Shown here one piece after another: positions 1 to 7,024 of a stretch of DNA of 10,071 nt (positions are counted from its first letter, which is position 1; every line of letters begins with the position of its first letter). Source of the DNA: an archaeon (GTDB lineage Archaea > Nanobdellota > Nanobdellia > Woesearchaeales > UBA9642); the NCBI GenBank assembly GCA_043806035.1, contig JAZDHK010000032.1, forward strand, positions 1 through 10,071, read 5' to 3'. Under the pieces are notes generated by a model. That model was given only the letters and a program-made list of their open reading frames with translations, ran no database searches and had not been told where the DNA came from. The position numbers were made by a program, and so were the translations under genes.

Positions 1-42
1 ATGCATAAGCAAGAATGAATGTTCTTACGCATTTTGAACAGG

Positions 43-2376
43 TTAATACCCGAACAGGTTCGTCTGTTTGCTCGTGTTGAGGAAGTCCTCGATGGTCTTG
101 CCGTAAAACGAGAGAATAGAATCGGCTATGGGCTTGAGCTGCTTGTCGATGTAGTGCTGATAATCAATCTTCGATGTTATCAGTTGGATGGGTTGCGGAC
201 CGTCGAGTGTCATGAAGTACTTGATGATGTTGCTCTCGAGCTTCGGCAGTAGTCGTGCGGCCTTGACGTGCGGCGGCGTGGTCTTTTCATAACTGCTTAA
301 CTGCTTCGTGAGCTTTTTCCGGTAGACGAGCTCGTCGTCGAACTTGCCCGCTTTCAAGTCAGCGACGTATGTTTTGATGAACTGCCCCACTTCCTGTTCG
401 TGGAAGATCTTGTCCAGGAGTTCGTTCTGGAATTTTTTTGCAAGGACGGTCCAGTCGCTCCTGACGCTCTCGAGCCCGGTGAACGTCATCTTTTCCTTTC
501 CGTTCTCCAAGAGCAGACCAGCATACCTTTTCTTTGCACCGACCTCGCTCCCGCGGATGGTGGGCATGAGGAATTTGATGAACGTCTTCTCGTATTCGAG
601 CTCGAGATAGCTCTTGCGATGATATTCGTTCTTGACGAACGCATCGTAGAATTTGTTTATGTCCTCGCCTATTGATTTTCCTATACGTACGGCATCGTCA
701 TAGGTTGTTGCGTGCGTGTCGACGAATGCAGAGTCCGTGTCTGAATAAATGACCGTGTAGCCTTTCTCCTCGATCTTCTGACAGGTCAGCTTGATGAGAT
801 ACTGGCCGAAGTGGGTTATGGCGTTCGCCATGTCGAGATTATAAAATCGGCAGGTGGGGTTTGCCAACACGCCGAAGAAGCTGTTCATGATTATTTTTAT
901 CGCGTAGCGGAGCTGCTCGTTCTTGCTCTTCCTCGCTTTCTCTCGCTGCTCCCACAAGTCTTGGAGGATGCGCGGAAGCAGGCCGTCTGTATTGAGGAAT
1001 TGCGCGCCGTTCGGCGAGGTGATGACCTGCTGCAGCTCCTTTTCATTTAGGTGCTGGCGTTTTTCCTTCGTGACGAAGGACAAGGGATCTATGTTGAATG
1101 TCCGCATGATGCTGGGGTACAGGCTCTTGAAGTCGACGACGATGATATTTTTGTATAGGCCAGGAATGCTGTCTTTCACAAACCCTCCCTTGATACGTTC
1201 ATACTCATCGGAAAATGCAGAATTGGGGCAGACATACCCTTCTATTCGTGCTCTGCGTAAGTACAGGCTGTCTAGGCTGGCGATGCTCCCTCTGACCCTA
1301 TCGAGCTGCATGCCCGTCAGGAGGCTTCGATTGATGGTGAGGGAAAGGGCATTGCTCATGACGATTATTTTGTAGACGAGCTCGCAGTCCTTCAGATTGT
1401 AGTCTATGAGTTTCTGCGGGTGGTTTCTGAATGCATCTTCAATCTCTTTTCCCTTGTTCGTTTGCCCAATGAGCTTCTTTTCTCCAAGGAAGTGTTCTGC
1501 TGCCGTGTCGAGCCGATAGTCATCGAGCCTGATGAAGCTGAGCTTGAGGAGGTGTATGCCGTCGAGGATGAGTCTCCCTGGAACTTCCGCACTGCTTTCT
1601 TTCATGAAATCCGTCTGCAGTTTGAGCTTGCTCGTGTCGTCTGTCCTGCCGATACGAAAGGGCAGCTTGTGGAATGCGCTGCGCTGCTCGATTATTTTGA
1701 GGTCGAAGTCGATGACGTTCCAGCCGGTGATGATATCTGGATCTATGGATCGGCATTCTTCGTAGAATACTTGCAGCAGCTCTTTTTCTGAAGAGACGGT
1801 GATGGCGTGATGAAGTTCTTTTGTTGAGCGGATGATGACTTTGGCGTAGTTGTGCGTATACAATCCTATGCAGTAGATTTCTTTTCCTTTCGTGTCCGTC
1901 TCTATGTCGAGGCTGAGCACCTTGAGATTGGGAAAGAAGTCTGCAGGCTTGATCTCTGGCTCAACGTATATCCTGTCAGTTGTCTTTCCTTTGCTGTACT
2001 CTCCGGCGATGAAGAGCGAGCTCTTGATGCCGTTGTCCATGAGGAATCGTTGCGTGAATCGGATGTCCGCTTCGTACGTCCTGACGTTGTCTTCTTCCAG
2101 TGCCTTTTTAACTGCAGGGACGTCTTGGGGGTTGTCGAGCAGTATCTTGACGACGGGCTCTTCAGAAAACGTCTTGAGCGAGGTTTTTTCTTCAAGAATT
2201 GGAATAGGAAGCTTCAGCTTTCTCGCTCTTGCTGCGTCTTTCTCGAGAATGAAGAAATAGGGTTTATAGCAGTGCGTACTCAGGAAACTCTCTCCGTTCT
2301 CAAGTCTGCCGTACAGATGTATGGTCGCCTTGTTGTTTGACAGGCGATATGTCGCATACACGATGAATCCGTTCAT
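43..2376 (-). CDS. polB: Family B DNA polymerase, bacterial DNA polymerase II-like, 777 aa
   Basis: ExoI LSLDIET, ExoII GWNVIDFD, ExoIII YNLKD; polymerase motifs DFKSLYPS, KIIMNSFFG, YSDTDS and KKRYAG. Pol II-type segments FLMPTIRG, VRSDWT, PPHVKAARL and DYQHYIDKQL. Start moved from TTG 2388 to ATG 2376, which lies 23 nt from a TATA box. Confidence 0.95.
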   Translation of the reverse strand: MNGFIVYATYRLSNNKATIHLYGRLENGESFLSTHCYKPYFFILEKDAARARKLKLPIPILEEKTSLKTFSEEPVVKILLDNPQDVPAVKKALEEDNVRTYEADIRFTQRFLMDNGIKSSLFIAGEYSKGKTTDRIYVEPEIKPADFFPNLKVLSLDIETDTKGKEIYCIGLYTHNYAKVIIRSTKELHHAITVSSEKELLQVFYEECRSIDPDIITGWNVIDFDLKIIEQRSAFHKLPFRIGRTDDTSKLKLQTDFMKESSAEVPGRLILDGIHLLKLSFIRLDDYRLDTAAEHFLGEKKLIGQTNKGKEIEDAFRNHPQKLIDYNLKDCELVYKIIVMSNALSLTINRSLLTGMQLDRVRGSIASLDSLYLRRARIEGYVCPNSAFSDEYERIKGGFVKDSIPGLYKNIIVVDFKSLYPSIMRTFNIDPLSFVTKEKRQHLNEKELQQVITSPNGAQFLNTDGLLPRILQDLWEQREKARKSKNEQLRYAIKIIMNSFFGVLANPTCRFYNLDMANAITHFGQYLIKLTCQKIEEKGYTVIYSDTDSAFVDTHATTYDDAVRIGKSIGEDINKFYDAFVKNEYHRKSYLELEYEKTFIKFLMPTIRGSEVGAKKRYAGLLLENGKEKMTFTGLESVRSDWTVLAKKFQNELLDKIFHEQEVGQFIKTYVADLKAGKFDDELVYRKKLTKQLSSYEKTTPPHVKAARLLPKLESNIIKYFMTLDGPQPIQLITSKIDYQHYIDKQLKPIADSILSFYGKTIEDFLNTSKQTNLFGY

Positions 2377-2398
2377 GAGCAGAAGCAAGCGAGCGTGT

Positions 2399-2406
2399 TA
2401 TTTAAA
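2399..2406 (-). promoter_or_regulatory. Archaeal TATA box (TTTAAATA) for polB
   Basis: Matches the TTTA(A/T)A consensus; its 3' edge is 23 nt from ATG 2376, as expected for a leaderless transcript. Confidence 0.65.
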
Positions 2407-2437
2407 ACTAGTGCTTGAGAGCATGTAGCGCGAGATA

Positions 2438-3196
2438 TCAGAGTGCTTTGTACCAGTCGCTGTCTCCTTCCTGTACAAAACCGAGCCGTTCTGCCGTCGC
2501 GTCATACCGTTCGAGCAGCTTGCCGAGAGAAATGTACTGGCCGTCAACAATGGTGTCTTGGTAGTCATTGTTGTTGCCTCCTTGGACACCATACTTGATG
2601 AAGCCGTGCTCTTTTCCCCAGCGTCCGAGCTCCTCGACAAGTCCTCGTGTCCAGTCGATGCCAAACAGCCCTCGCGCGTGCCCATCTGGAATGAGCTTGC
2701 GGTTTTCTTCGCGGAAGGGCATAACGCCTTGCAATTGGTAGACTTTCAGCACGTGCCTGCTGCTGATGTCGAAGGCGATGACTGCCTGCGGCGTTTCCTT
2801 GTGGAAGAGGCAGAATGCGAATGGCGTGTCGATGTGTATGTAGTAGCGCTTGCCATTATGCTCCCTGCCATCCCATCCTGCGACGAGACCGTACGGTTCG
2901 CTGTCACAAGGAGTTATTGCCGAGCACGTATACTGCCCTCGCCGTCTTGAGCTGCAGTACGAGGAAAGGTCGAGCGTGCTTGTTGCGTGTTTTTCTAACA
3001 GCGCATACGTGTCCAACACCGTTTCCGTGCTGACATCATCGCGTTCTAGCCGTGCTGCGAGCGATTTTTTCAACAGCTGCTCCTGTAGCCCTGTCGCTGT
3101 GAGCTGCTCGAGCAAATGTGCTGCGTGGTCTTTGTTCTGCAATGTTATGGTGAGCTGTTCTTGTATCCACGAATCCAGTAGTTCCTGGTCAACCAT
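2438..3196 (-). CDS. Hypothetical protein, 252 aa; C-terminal half weakly resembles VirK/YbjX (DUF535)/GNAT-like proteins
   Basis: Long ORF with an ATG start and its own TATA box, filling the gap between genes. Motif order LKVYQLQG ... LVEELGRWGKEHGF ... YDATAERLGF ... DWY. The CDS is well supported; the family call is tentative. Confidence 0.8.
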   Translation of the reverse strand: MVDQELLDSWIQEQLTITLQNKDHAAHLLEQLTATGLQEQLLKKSLAARLERDDVSTETVLDTYALLEKHATSTLDLSSYCSSRRRGQYTCSAITPCDSEPYGLVAGWDGREHNGKRYYIHIDTPFAFCLFHKETPQAVIAFDISSRHVLKVYQLQGVMPFREENRKLIPDGHARGLFGIDWTRGLVEELGRWGKEHGFIKYGVQGGNNNDYQDTIVDGQYISLGKLLERYDATAERLGFVQEGDSDWYKAL

Positions 3197-3217
3197 GCCT
3201 TCGAGAATGCACGCGCA

Positions 3218-3225
3218 TTTTTAAA
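3218..3225 (-). promoter_or_regulatory. TATA box (TTTAAAAA) for the 2438-3196 gene
   Basis: 3' edge is 22 nt from ATG 3196; it lies within the inverted repeat GCATTT-TT-AAATGC (3215-3228). Confidence 0.6.
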
Positions 3226-3299
3226 TGCATATGACGGGAAATGTGCGTATGTACGGGGGTATAGCTAAGGATGTGTGTGGTTTGCTATAATAGAAGCAC

Positions 3300-3307
3300 A
3301 TATAAAA
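3300..3307 (+). promoter_or_regulatory. TATA box (ATATAAAA) for ABCE1
   Basis: 3' edge is 22 nt from ATG 3329; divergent from the promoter at 3218-3225. Confidence 0.65.
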
Positions 3308-3328
3308 GACAATATACTCAGAGCATGC

Positions 3329-5062
3329 ATGACACGAATTGCTGTTATTGACAAGATGAAGTGCAACCCGCAAGGCTGCGGAGGGTATTTGTGCATGAAG
3401 CTCTGTCCAGTAAATAGGACGGGTGTGGACTGCATCAGCACAGGCTCTGACAAAAAACCAGTCATCGGCGAGGCTGCCTGCACAGGCTGCGGCATCTGTC
3501 CTAATCGTTGTCCTTTTGGCGCGATCAGTATTGTGAACCTTCCCGAGGAGTTGGAAAGCCAGCCCATCCACCGATACGGCATCAACGGCTTTGCATTGTA
3601 CAACCTGCCCATCCCCGTTCCTGGAAAAGTGGTCGGCATCATCGGGAGGAACGGCATGGGCAAAAGCACTGCCCTGAAGATACTCGCGGGCATCCTCCAA
3701 CCAAACTTGGGCATCGTAGACAAAGAATATGCTGCGACGCCAAAAGAGCTCATCGAGCATTTCAAGGGAACGGAAGCCCAGAAGTTCTTCGAACAATTGC
3801 GCGATGGCACGGTGAAGGTGTCGTTCAAACCGCAGCAAGTCGATCTCATACCCTCACAATTCACGGGAACAGTACGTGAGCTGCTCAAGAAGGTCGACGA
3901 GAAGAACGGCATGGACGCCATAACGCAAGAGCTCGGTCTCACCCCCTTCCTGGATACGGACATCAAGAACATTTCGGGAGGGGAATTACAGCGAGTCGCC
4001 ATAGCGGCCACTGTCCTGAAAAAGGCGAACGTGTACTTCTTCGACGAACCTACTGCCTATCTTGACATCAAGCAGCGTCTAAAGGTTGCCGAATTCATCA
4101 AGAAGCTTGCAGATGCTGAAACGAGTGTACTGGTCATCGAGCACGACCTCATCATCCTCGATTACATGACGGATCAGTTGCATCTCATGTACGGCATCGA
4201 GGGGACGTACGGTGTTGTTTCTGGCGTGAAGAGCACGAAGAACGGCATCAACGTGTACTTGGAAGGATTCCTCAAGGAGGAGAATATTAGGTTTAGGGAT
4301 CATGCCATCAAGTTTGACGTTAGGCCGCCGTCAAAATCCGTGCACAAGTCCGTGCTGGCGACGTGGACGGAAAGCCGGCAGCAATTGGGTAGGTTCTCTC
4401 TTGATATCGAGCAGGGAAGCATCGCCCACCACACCACCGTAGGCATTGTAGGCGAGAACGGCATAGGAAAAACGACGTTCGTTCGGACGCTCTCAGAGAC
4501 GGCCAGCGTGCGTGTCTCGTACAAGCCGCAATATCTCGAGCAGAGCGACGAGCCCGTGCTGCTCGTTTTGCATGATGCCATCCGTAACTTCCAGACACAA
4601 CTGATCAAGCCATTGGGTTTGCAGCATCTGCTGACGAGAAAATGCTCTGAATTAAGCGGGGGAGAACTGCAGAGAGTGTTCATTGCCAAGTGCCTCAGCC
4701 GGGATGCTGAGCTTTTTTTGTTGGACGAGCCATCCGCATATCTCGACATAGAACAGCGCCTTGCCGTCTCCAAGATCATCCGCGACATGATGTTCCTCAC
4801 GGGAAAGTCCTGTCTTGTCGTCGACCACGATCTCTTGTTCATCGACTACATCAGCGACGAGCTCATGGTATTCGATGGGCAGCCCGCTATTCATGGCATT
4901 GCAAAGGGGCCATTCGGCATGGAACAAGGTATGAATCTCTTCCTTGCGGATCTCGACCTGAGTTTCAGGCGTGATGAGAAAAGCCATTGCCCAAGAACGA
5001 ACAAGAAAGAATCGCAGATGGACAGGCAGCAGAAGCATGAAGGCAAGCTCTATTACGCATAA
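3329..5062 (+). CDS. rli: Ribosome recycling ATPase ABCE1 (RLI), 577 aa
   Basis: N-terminal 2x[4Fe-4S] domain (CNPQGCGGYLCMKLCP ... CTGCGICPNRCP). Two ABC NBDs: GRNGMGKS / ISGGELQR / FFDEP and GENGIGKT / LSGGELQR / LLDEP. C-terminal hinge FRRD..PR.NK. Start set at MTRIAV (ATG 3329). Confidence 0.97.
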   Translation: MTRIAVIDKMKCNPQGCGGYLCMKLCPVNRTGVDCISTGSDKKPVIGEAACTGCGICPNRCPFGAISIVNLPEELESQPIHRYGINGFALYNLPIPVPGKVVGIIGRNGMGKSTALKILAGILQPNLGIVDKEYAATPKELIEHFKGTEAQKFFEQLRDGTVKVSFKPQQVDLIPSQFTGTVRELLKKVDEKNGMDAITQELGLTPFLDTDIKNISGGELQRVAIAATVLKKANVYFFDEPTAYLDIKQRLKVAEFIKKLADAETSVLVIEHDLIILDYMTDQLHLMYGIEGTYGVVSGVKSTKNGINVYLEGFLKEENIRFRDHAIKFDVRPPSKSVHKSVLATWTESRQQLGRFSLDIEQGSIAHHTTVGIVGENGIGKTTFVRTLSETASVRVSYKPQYLEQSDEPVLLVLHDAIRNFQTQLIKPLGLQHLLTRKCSELSGGELQRVFIAKCLSRDAELFLLDEPSAYLDIEQRLAVSKIIRDMMFLTGKSCLVVDHDLLFIDYISDELMVFDGQPAIHGIAKGPFGMEQGMNLFLADLDLSFRRDEKSHCPRTNKKESQMDRQQKHEGKLYYA

Positions 5063-5681
5063 GGTTCAGATAGGCGTGCTTGCCGTCTGTCTGAGCATTC
5101 TGCTCATCTGCATTGTCTTTTCTGTGACTGCGCTCAACCCCATCATCATTCGGCATTATGTGGACAAGTACAGCACGGTACAGGAACGAGAGGACATCAC
5201 GAACAACGTGCTCTCTTTTCTTTCGTACAATGACGATCTTGCCTACTTCACAAATACTGAACAGGCGCACATGCGTGATGTCCGACAACTCATAACGATC
5301 GGGAAGGCCACTGCAGTCATTGCGCTGCTCGGCTGCATCGCACTCATCACCACCACCTATCTGCGTAGCAAGAAGCATGCTGTTGCAGACACGTCCTCTT
5401 TGCTTAACCGCGCGTTAGTATGGACGGGCATTTCACTCGCCACGCTCATATGCATTGCATTGCTCGTTGACTTCTCGGTTTTGTTCAGCACCTTCCACAA
5501 AATTCTTTTCCCACAGGGCAACTATCTCTTTTCTGAGGATTCGTTGCTCATCAGGACCTTTCCTGAAGCGTTCTTCAAAGCAATGGGTGTGCTGTTCGGG
5601 ACAGTATTGCTTTGCGTAAGCATGGCGTGCATCGTGCTAAGTGTAGTTCTGAAGCGTGTGCGCAACAAGCGAAATGCTTAA
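5037..5681 (+). CDS. DUF1461/TIGR01906 integral membrane protein (lipoprotein intramolecular transacylase Lit-like), 214 aa
   Basis: Four hydrophobic segments plus family motifs FTNTEQAHMRDVR and FSTFHKILFPQGNYLF..DSLLIRTFPE.FF. Start at ATG 5037 overlaps the ABCE1 3' end by 26 nt. Confidence 0.85.
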   Translation: MKASSITHKVQIGVLAVCLSILLICIVFSVTALNPIIIRHYVDKYSTVQEREDITNNVLSFLSYNDDLAYFTNTEQAHMRDVRQLITIGKATAVIALLGCIALITTTYLRSKKHAVADTSSLLNRALVWTGISLATLICIALLVDFSVLFSTFHKILFPQGNYLFSEDSLLIRTFPEAFFKAMGVLFGTVLLCVSMACIVLSVVLKRVRNKRNA

Positions 5682-5684
5682 AAG
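5677..5684 (+). promoter_or_regulatory. Possible TATA box (CTTAAAAG) for the 5719-6174 gene
   Basis: Overlaps the upstream stop codon and is preceded by BRE-like CGAAATG. The predicted start (~5706) sits just before the SD-like GAGGGG at 5707-5712. Confidence 0.45.
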
Positions 5685-5718
5685 TGACAAGCACTTACGT
5701 TCGAGAGAGGGGATGATT

Positions 5719-6174
5719 ATGAAACCGTTGGAAGACATTGCGCGAACAACCGAGGATATCAACACCGTGCTGGAATTGACGAATGACAAGTATTCATTTA
5801 TCGAAGAACTGCAAAAGAACGTCAGTGCAGCTGATGTGCAGCCTCTTAACGATCTGGCGTTGCACATCGGACGCTACGTGAAAGAGCAAGGCTACACCTT
5901 GTGTGATTCTGTGCAGACAGATGCTCCGCTCCTCGTCATGCATGGAACACCAACCGTCATGCTCGGCATAGCGAAAGGGGAATATCTTGGAGATTTGCTG
6001 CTGCACTCGCCAGATACGGAAAAACCGGCAGACGGCTTTTATTACACGACAAATTGGCTGTTCATGCGCGGCACGCAGCTGAGCGAGAGGAAGAGTGAGC
6101 TGGATCAGTACGCAAATGATCTTGTCTATCAGCTGATGAAGAAGTTCGATGTCCGCATCGACTTGCAGGACTAG
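5719..6174 (+). CDS. Hypothetical protein, ~151 aa, acidic and soluble
   Basis: SD-like GAGGGG 6 nt before ATG 5719 (alternative ATG at 5713); ORF fills the gap; no motif recognised. Confidence 0.75.
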   Translation: MKPLEDIARTTEDINTVLELTNDKYSFIEELQKNVSAADVQPLNDLALHIGRYVKEQGYTLCDSVQTDAPLLVMHGTPTVMLGIAKGEYLGDLLLHSPDTEKPADGFYYTTNWLFMRGTQLSERKSELDQYANDLVYQLMKKFDVRIDLQD

Positions 6175-6935
6175 TTAATTTTTCTGATGAAGGTAAGGAA
6201 GGCGGAATGGCCGAAGCCTTCCGTGTTCGGCCTGAGTATTTTTCCGTCCACTTTCCAACTGCGTTCGATGATTTCCATAGTGGAGAGGAAGGCTAGGTTT
6301 GCATGCGTGAGTGCCGTGTTCACGAACTGCAGTGCCTGCGTTATGGATGGTGTGTATGCGACAAGGTACCCTCCCGTCTTGAGGGCAGCGCACACCGAAG
6401 ATATGGCTTGTTCCGCATGCAGCATGTCCAGCACGACGAGGTCCGCATTCTTTTTTGGAATGGTTTTTGTGATGTCATGCAAGGAGAACTGCACGTTCTT
6501 GAGCCCGAGCAGTTTTGCATTTTCCCGTGCAGCAGCGATCGCTTCCTCGTTGATATCGTAGCTGTAGACGGTCTTGACATGCAGGGCGAGAAAACAGGCA
6601 AGCCCTCCCGATCCTGATCCTGCGTCGATGACGACGCTCTTCTTCGTTATGCCCGTTCTCGCGATGATGGCTGCTGCGTCTTTCGGGGTGATGAGCTGCA
6701 TCGTGCGTTTGAATCGGGGAAAAATGTCTAAGGGGTTTGCATCGAAAATATAGAATGTCTCTCCTTTGAAGGAGCAGGTCGCTTTCTTTTTTTTGAGCAG
6801 GTCTTTGCTGACGACGCCGTATTGCGTGCTGAAATCCTTTGTGGGGTTTTCTATGGTTATCCAGTGGCTGTCGCTGATCTTTATCTTCCTCTCTTCATGT
6901 TCGGCGTATTTCGCGGGTTTGTAGAGCACTTTCAT
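6171..6935 (-). CDS. trmI: tRNA (adenine57/58-N1)-methyltransferase, TrmI/Gcd14 family, 254 aa
   Basis: KR..QLITPKD, SAM-binding motif VIDAGSGSG, LVVLDM, LKTGG.LVAYTP.ITQ, E...RSW.V....LRP and C-terminal GHSAFL. Confidence 0.9.
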   Translation of the reverse strand: MKVLYKPAKYAEHEERKIKISDSHWITIENPTKDFSTQYGVVSKDLLKKKKATCSFKGETFYIFDANPLDIFPRFKRTMQLITPKDAAAIIARTGITKKSVVIDAGSGSGGLACFLALHVKTVYSYDINEEAIAAARENAKLLGLKNVQFSLHDITKTIPKKNADLVVLDMLHAEQAISSVCAALKTGGYLVAYTPSITQALQFVNTALTHANLAFLSTMEIIERSWKVDGKILRPNTEGFGHSAFLTFIRKIN

Positions 6936-6943
6936 GGTGTTGT

Positions 6944-7016
6944 GGAAAGGAAAGGGGGCTGCTCAGCGGGTTGTGCTGGGGGTTCCTTCAGAAGTTAGGA
7001 ATGCCCGCTGAGCCCC
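6944..7016 (-). terminator. GC-rich stem-loop followed by a pyrimidine tract between abrB and trmI (terminator, attenuator or structured RNA)
   Basis: Perfect 10-bp inverted repeat (6961-6970 GCTCAGCGGG with 7004-7013 CCCGCTGAGC), extendable to 13 bp with a 3-nt bulge. Inner stem TTCCT/AGGAA (6983-6987 with 6997-7001). Followed on the minus strand by CTTTCCTTTCC. The function is inferred. Confidence 0.5.
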
Positions 7017-7024
7017 ACCCCCCG

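Noticed and set aside
733-750. Polymerase motif C reads YSDTDS instead of YGDTDS
   Set aside because: The catalytic DTD is intact, and substitutions at this position occur in active archaeal PolBs.
2412-2423. TGCT...AGCA inverted repeats near several promoters (2412-2423, 3283-3298, 8882-8900) as one shared operator
   Set aside because: Arms are only 4 bp, and spacer lengths and positions differ; consistent with chance.
3221-4842. Long antisense ORFs over ABCE1 (3265-4011, 3221-3838, 4300-4842) and similar ones over polB and trmI
   Set aside because: Shadow frames of well-supported genes, with no motifs or expression signals.
2438-5681. VirK-like and Lit-like genes flanking ABCE1 as one envelope-modification system
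   Set aside because: They are divergently transcribed and separated by a housekeeping gene, and the VirK call is weak; no evidence of linkage without synteny data.
6787-6794. A8 runs on the coding strand of trmI and of the 8919-9494 gene (9003-9010) as slippage or phase-variation sites
   Set aside because: Both ORFs are intact, the runs encode Lys-rich stretches, and no meaningful alternative frame follows.
6942-6958. GTGGAAAGGAAAGGGGG resembles the right half of an archaeal origin recognition box (ORB)
   Set aside because: The TTCCA left arm is missing, there is a single copy and no cdc6/orc1 nearby; the hairpin arm and pyrimidine tract explain it.
6955-7016. Hairpin considered as SRP RNA helix 8, an archaeal SECIS or a C/D-box sRNA
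   Set aside because: No CAGG/GNRA/AGCA helix-8 arrangement, no SECIS-type GAA/A loop or in-frame UGA gene, and no C box.
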